This document shows, piece after piece, positions 37,388-39,760 of a stretch of DNA of 39,760 bases; the stretch's first letter is position 1, and each line of letters opens with the position of its first letter. The DNA comes from Candidatus Thorarchaeota archaeon. GTDB taxonomy: Archaea > Asgardarchaeota > Thorarchaeia > Thorarchaeales > Thorarchaeaceae. The DNA lies in the NCBI GenBank assembly GCA_016933575.1, contig JAFGAR010000007.1, positions 1-39,760 on the forward strand, read 5' to 3'. The position numbers were made by a program, and so were the translations under genes. The notes under the pieces are model-generated. The model saw nothing but the letters and a program-made list of their open reading frames with translations. It ran no database searches and had not been told where the DNA came from.

Positions 37388-38500
37388 ATGTCCATGAATG
37401 AGGATACCAATCTTGATTACAATTTCATTCCGGGTTTGGAACTATGTGAAACTTTCTTCAAGGAAGCTGTAAAACCTATTATGGAGGAATTCTACCCGGA
37501 TTTGGTATATTCTGCAGCCCATATGGGTTCTGGCTCTGATGTTCTTGGTTTTGATACACCTCAATCAATGGACCATGGATGGGGGCCTAGACTAATACTC
37601 TTTTTGAGAGAAACTGAAGCGAATTCATATCGAGAGATGCTAGATCAGACATTTCGTCAGAATCTACCATATGAGATTAGAGGATTTCCGACTAATTTTG
37701 CAAAACATGAAGACGGAAGCCTAATGATGACATCGATAACCAAAGGACCGGTCAATCATGCAATCAAGATAAGCACTGTAAGCGATTTTTTCACTGAATA
37801 TTTCGGACTTTTCCCCTCCGAAGACTTCAGTATTATTGATTGGCTTACTATTCCTGAACAGATTTTGCGAAGTATAGTGAGTGGACGTATTTTCTATGAT
37901 GGATTAGGAGAATTAGAACCAATAATTGCAAGGTTGCAATATTATCCTCATGAGTTATGGTTGTATCTTTTAGCGAATCAATGGCGAAGAATTACTCAAG
38001 AGATTGCGTTTATGGGAAGATGTGGTCAAGTAGGAGATGAATTAGGTTCCAGAATAGTAGGTGCTAGATTGGTTAGGGATATGATGAAACTCTGCTTCTT
38101 GATGGAGAAGCAATATGCCCCTTACGTCAAGTGGTTTGGTACTGCTTTCTCAAAACTTGGTTGTGCAAAGGATCTCAAACCTCTCTTTCTGAAATCATTG
38201 GATGCTGATAATTGGCAGGACCGGGAAACATACTTGGTACAATCCTATGAATATGTAGCAGAAATGCATAACAAACTAGGAATAACAAGGCCGTTGGATA
38301 CAAAATCAACTTACTTTCATAATCGACCCTTTAGAATCATTCAATCGGATAAATTTTCAGAAGAAATACTAAACGTAATAAAAAATGAAGAGATAAAGAA
38401 ACTTCCTGAATACCTTGGTGGAATTGATCAATATGTAGATTCGACGGATGTTCTGGGGTATACTAACAAATATCGAAGATTTTGGTCGATGTATCAGTAG
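37388..38500 (+). CDS. DUF4037 nucleotidyltransferase-like protein
   Basis: GSGSDVLGFD...S.DH.WGP, G.IF.D..G, YYP, GRCG.VGDELGS, YAPY.KW. Confidence 0.85.
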   Translation: MSMNEDTNLDYNFIPGLELCETFFKEAVKPIMEEFYPDLVYSAAHMGSGSDVLGFDTPQSMDHGWGPRLILFLRETEANSYREMLDQTFRQNLPYEIRGFPTNFAKHEDGSLMMTSITKGPVNHAIKISTVSDFFTEYFGLFPSEDFSIIDWLTIPEQILRSIVSGRIFYDGLGELEPIIARLQYYPHELWLYLLANQWRRITQEIAFMGRCGQVGDELGSRIVGARLVRDMMKLCFLMEKQYAPYVKWFGTAFSKLGCAKDLKPLFLKSLDADNWQDRETYLVQSYEYVAEMHNKLGITRPLDTKSTYFHNRPFRIIQSDKFSEEILNVIKNEEIKKLPEYLGGIDQYVDSTDVLGYTNKYRRFWSMYQ

Positions 38501-38505
38501 AATTT

Positions 38506-39189
38506 TCACTTCTTTAATACATAAGCGCCGGTATCTGTGCCTACGTGGACTTCATCTGTCATTCCTATGAATAGACCGGTTTCAACAACACCAGAAATCA
38601 TTTTGAGTTTGATTGCCATGTCTTCGGGATCATCAATTGGTCTGGCAAACTTCAAATCGATGATGAAATTCCCATTGTCAGTCACAACAGGTCCCATTTT
38701 CTTTTGAGCTTGGCGTAGGATTGGCTTGATTCCCAGTTTTTCGATTTTTGTCTTAACCACACCAAGAGAAAATGGTAGCACTTCTATTGGAATTAGGAAC
38801 TTAGTTCCGAGTTTATCTACAAGCTTTGATTCATCGACAATAATGACAAGTTTCTTGGAGGCTGATGCAACAATTTTCTCCTGAAATAGAGCTCCGCCAC
38901 CACCTTTTGTAAGATTTAGGTGCTTATCGACTTCATCAGCACCGTCAAATGTCATCAGTAGTTCAGGATTGATATCGAGGTTTGTGAGGGGGATTTTGTT
39001 ATCTATAGCAAGTTGATAGGCTTGATATGAGCTAGGCACGACTGAAATATTGGCTTTTCCAGAATCAATTCTTCTCCCTAGTTCTTCTGCGAAAATTGCA
39101 ATAGTAGAGCCACTCCCGAGACCAATGGCACCACTATCAGGAAGAAGCTCGATAGCACTTTTTGCAGCATTCAACTTGGTATTTGACAT
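38506..39189 (-). CDS. rpiA: Ribose-5-phosphate isomerase A
   Basis: GLGSGST, DGADEVD, KGGGGAL..EKIV, TDNGN, GVVETGLF. Confidence 0.97.
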   Translation of the reverse strand: MSNTKLNAAKSAIELLPDSGAIGLGSGSTIAIFAEELGRRIDSGKANISVVPSSYQAYQLAIDNKIPLTNLDINPELLMTFDGADEVDKHLNLTKGGGGALFQEKIVASASKKLVIIVDESKLVDKLGTKFLIPIEVLPFSLGVVKTKIEKLGIKPILRQAQKKMGPVVTDNGNFIIDLKFARPIDDPEDMAIKLKMISGVVETGLFIGMTDEVHVGTDTGAYVLKK

Positions 39190-39260
39190 ATTAGTAGAAC
39201 TCCAACAAGGTGGAAAACTAATGACCCCAAAAGCTTTACTGGAGAATAACTTTCCCTTTT

Positions 39261-39461
39261 TTAGACAACACCATGAGGAGAGATTACACCCGTTCTAGGC
39301 CTCCAGTACACACCGATTCTACCATTTTCTATTTCGGATATAACTATGTAACAGTTGTCTTCGAGAACTTGTGCAAGATTCTCCGCTTCTTTTCTACTAG
39401 TAACGATATCTACTAATTTGTGTACTTTCCCTTCAACTAGTAGCCATTTTTCAGCGGACAT
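39261..39461 (-). CDS. Small hypothetical protein
   Basis: 66-aa ORF with alpha/beta pattern, co-oriented with its neighbours. Confidence 0.6.
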   Translation of the reverse strand: MSAEKWLLVEGKVHKLVDIVTSRKEAENLAQVLEDNCYIVISEIENGRIGVYWRPRTGVISPHGVV

Positions 39462-39552
39462 ACAAATACGTATGATACTTGCTTAATAATAATGGAATGG
39501 AAATTCTATTCCATTATTATTAATGGAATCGTACAGGACTAGTATTTTCTTT

Positions 39553-39759
39553 CTAGTCGCCGCCCATGAGAGCTTTAAGACGCTCCATTTCTTGAAGCAT
39601 TTCTGATTGTAAAGAACTCTTGCCACCAGAAGATTTTGGTGCATCGTCTCCCAGAGTAGATCCACCAAGAGGTCCACCACCAGGAGCTCCTCCACCGGGA
39701 GGCCCACCACCAGGAGCTCCTCCACCGGGAGGCCCACCACCAGGAGCTCCTCCACCGGG
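39553..39759 (-). CDS. C-terminus of a Pro/Gly-repeat protein (5' end outside window)
   Basis: Frame reads (PGGGAPGGGP)x3-LGGSTLGDDAPKSSGGKSSLQSEMLQEMERLKALMGGD-stop. Confidence 0.8.
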   Translation of the reverse strand, partial: PGGGAPGGGPPGGGAPGGGPPGGGAPGGGPLGGSTLGDDAPKSSGGKSSLQSEMLQEMERLKALMGGD

Positions 39760-39760
39760 A
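39673..39760. repeat. 30-bp tandem repeat (about 3 copies, runs off the window)
   Basis: CCACCACCAGGAGCTCCTCCACCGGGAGGC repeated head to tail. Confidence 0.95.

Noticed and set aside
39483-39755. ORF-track protein MEELLVVGLPVEELLVV...
   Set aside because: Alternative frame of the 30-bp repeat; the Pro/Gly frame ending at TAG 39553 is far more protein-like
39673-39760. Possible CRISPR array
   Set aside because: Head-to-tail repeats with no spacers, length a multiple of 3, inside a CDS, no cas genes

Overview
Archaeal chromosomal segment, probably Asgard (Thorarchaeia-like; inferred from the unsplit Rpo2, split Rpo1N/Rpo1C, 'IDLSPL'-type LRR protein and gene content). Positions 1-14 kb hold a rearranged core transcription/translation cluster on the minus strand: tRNA-Lys, rpo2, rpo1N, rpo1C, rpl30e, nusA, rps12, rps7, three accessory genes (EamA, flavodoxin, GNAT), then EF-1alpha. 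rpoH, EF-2 and rps10 are absent from their usual positions. The rest is accessory and housekeeping DNA. All five tRNA genes carry introns (8 in total, 5 at non-canonical positions), and the window has a tRNA-splicing endonuclease subunit lacking the catalytic His, coupled to a PINA-type ATPase that lacks its PIN and KH domains. The best candidate novel system is a four-gene ECF transporter operon (26686-31290). In it, both the S-component and a membrane-anchored metallophosphoesterase are fused to Cys-less sulfite-oxidase-type molybdopterin-binding domains, suggesting capture, trimming and import of a cofactor. Also present: an orphan Zn-ribbon adenine methyltransferase, a 45-aa Zn-finger microprotein missed by the ORF track, two broken genes, and the C-terminus of a Pro/Gly-repeat protein that the ORF track translated in the wrong frame. 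All family assignments come from motif recognition, not database searches.
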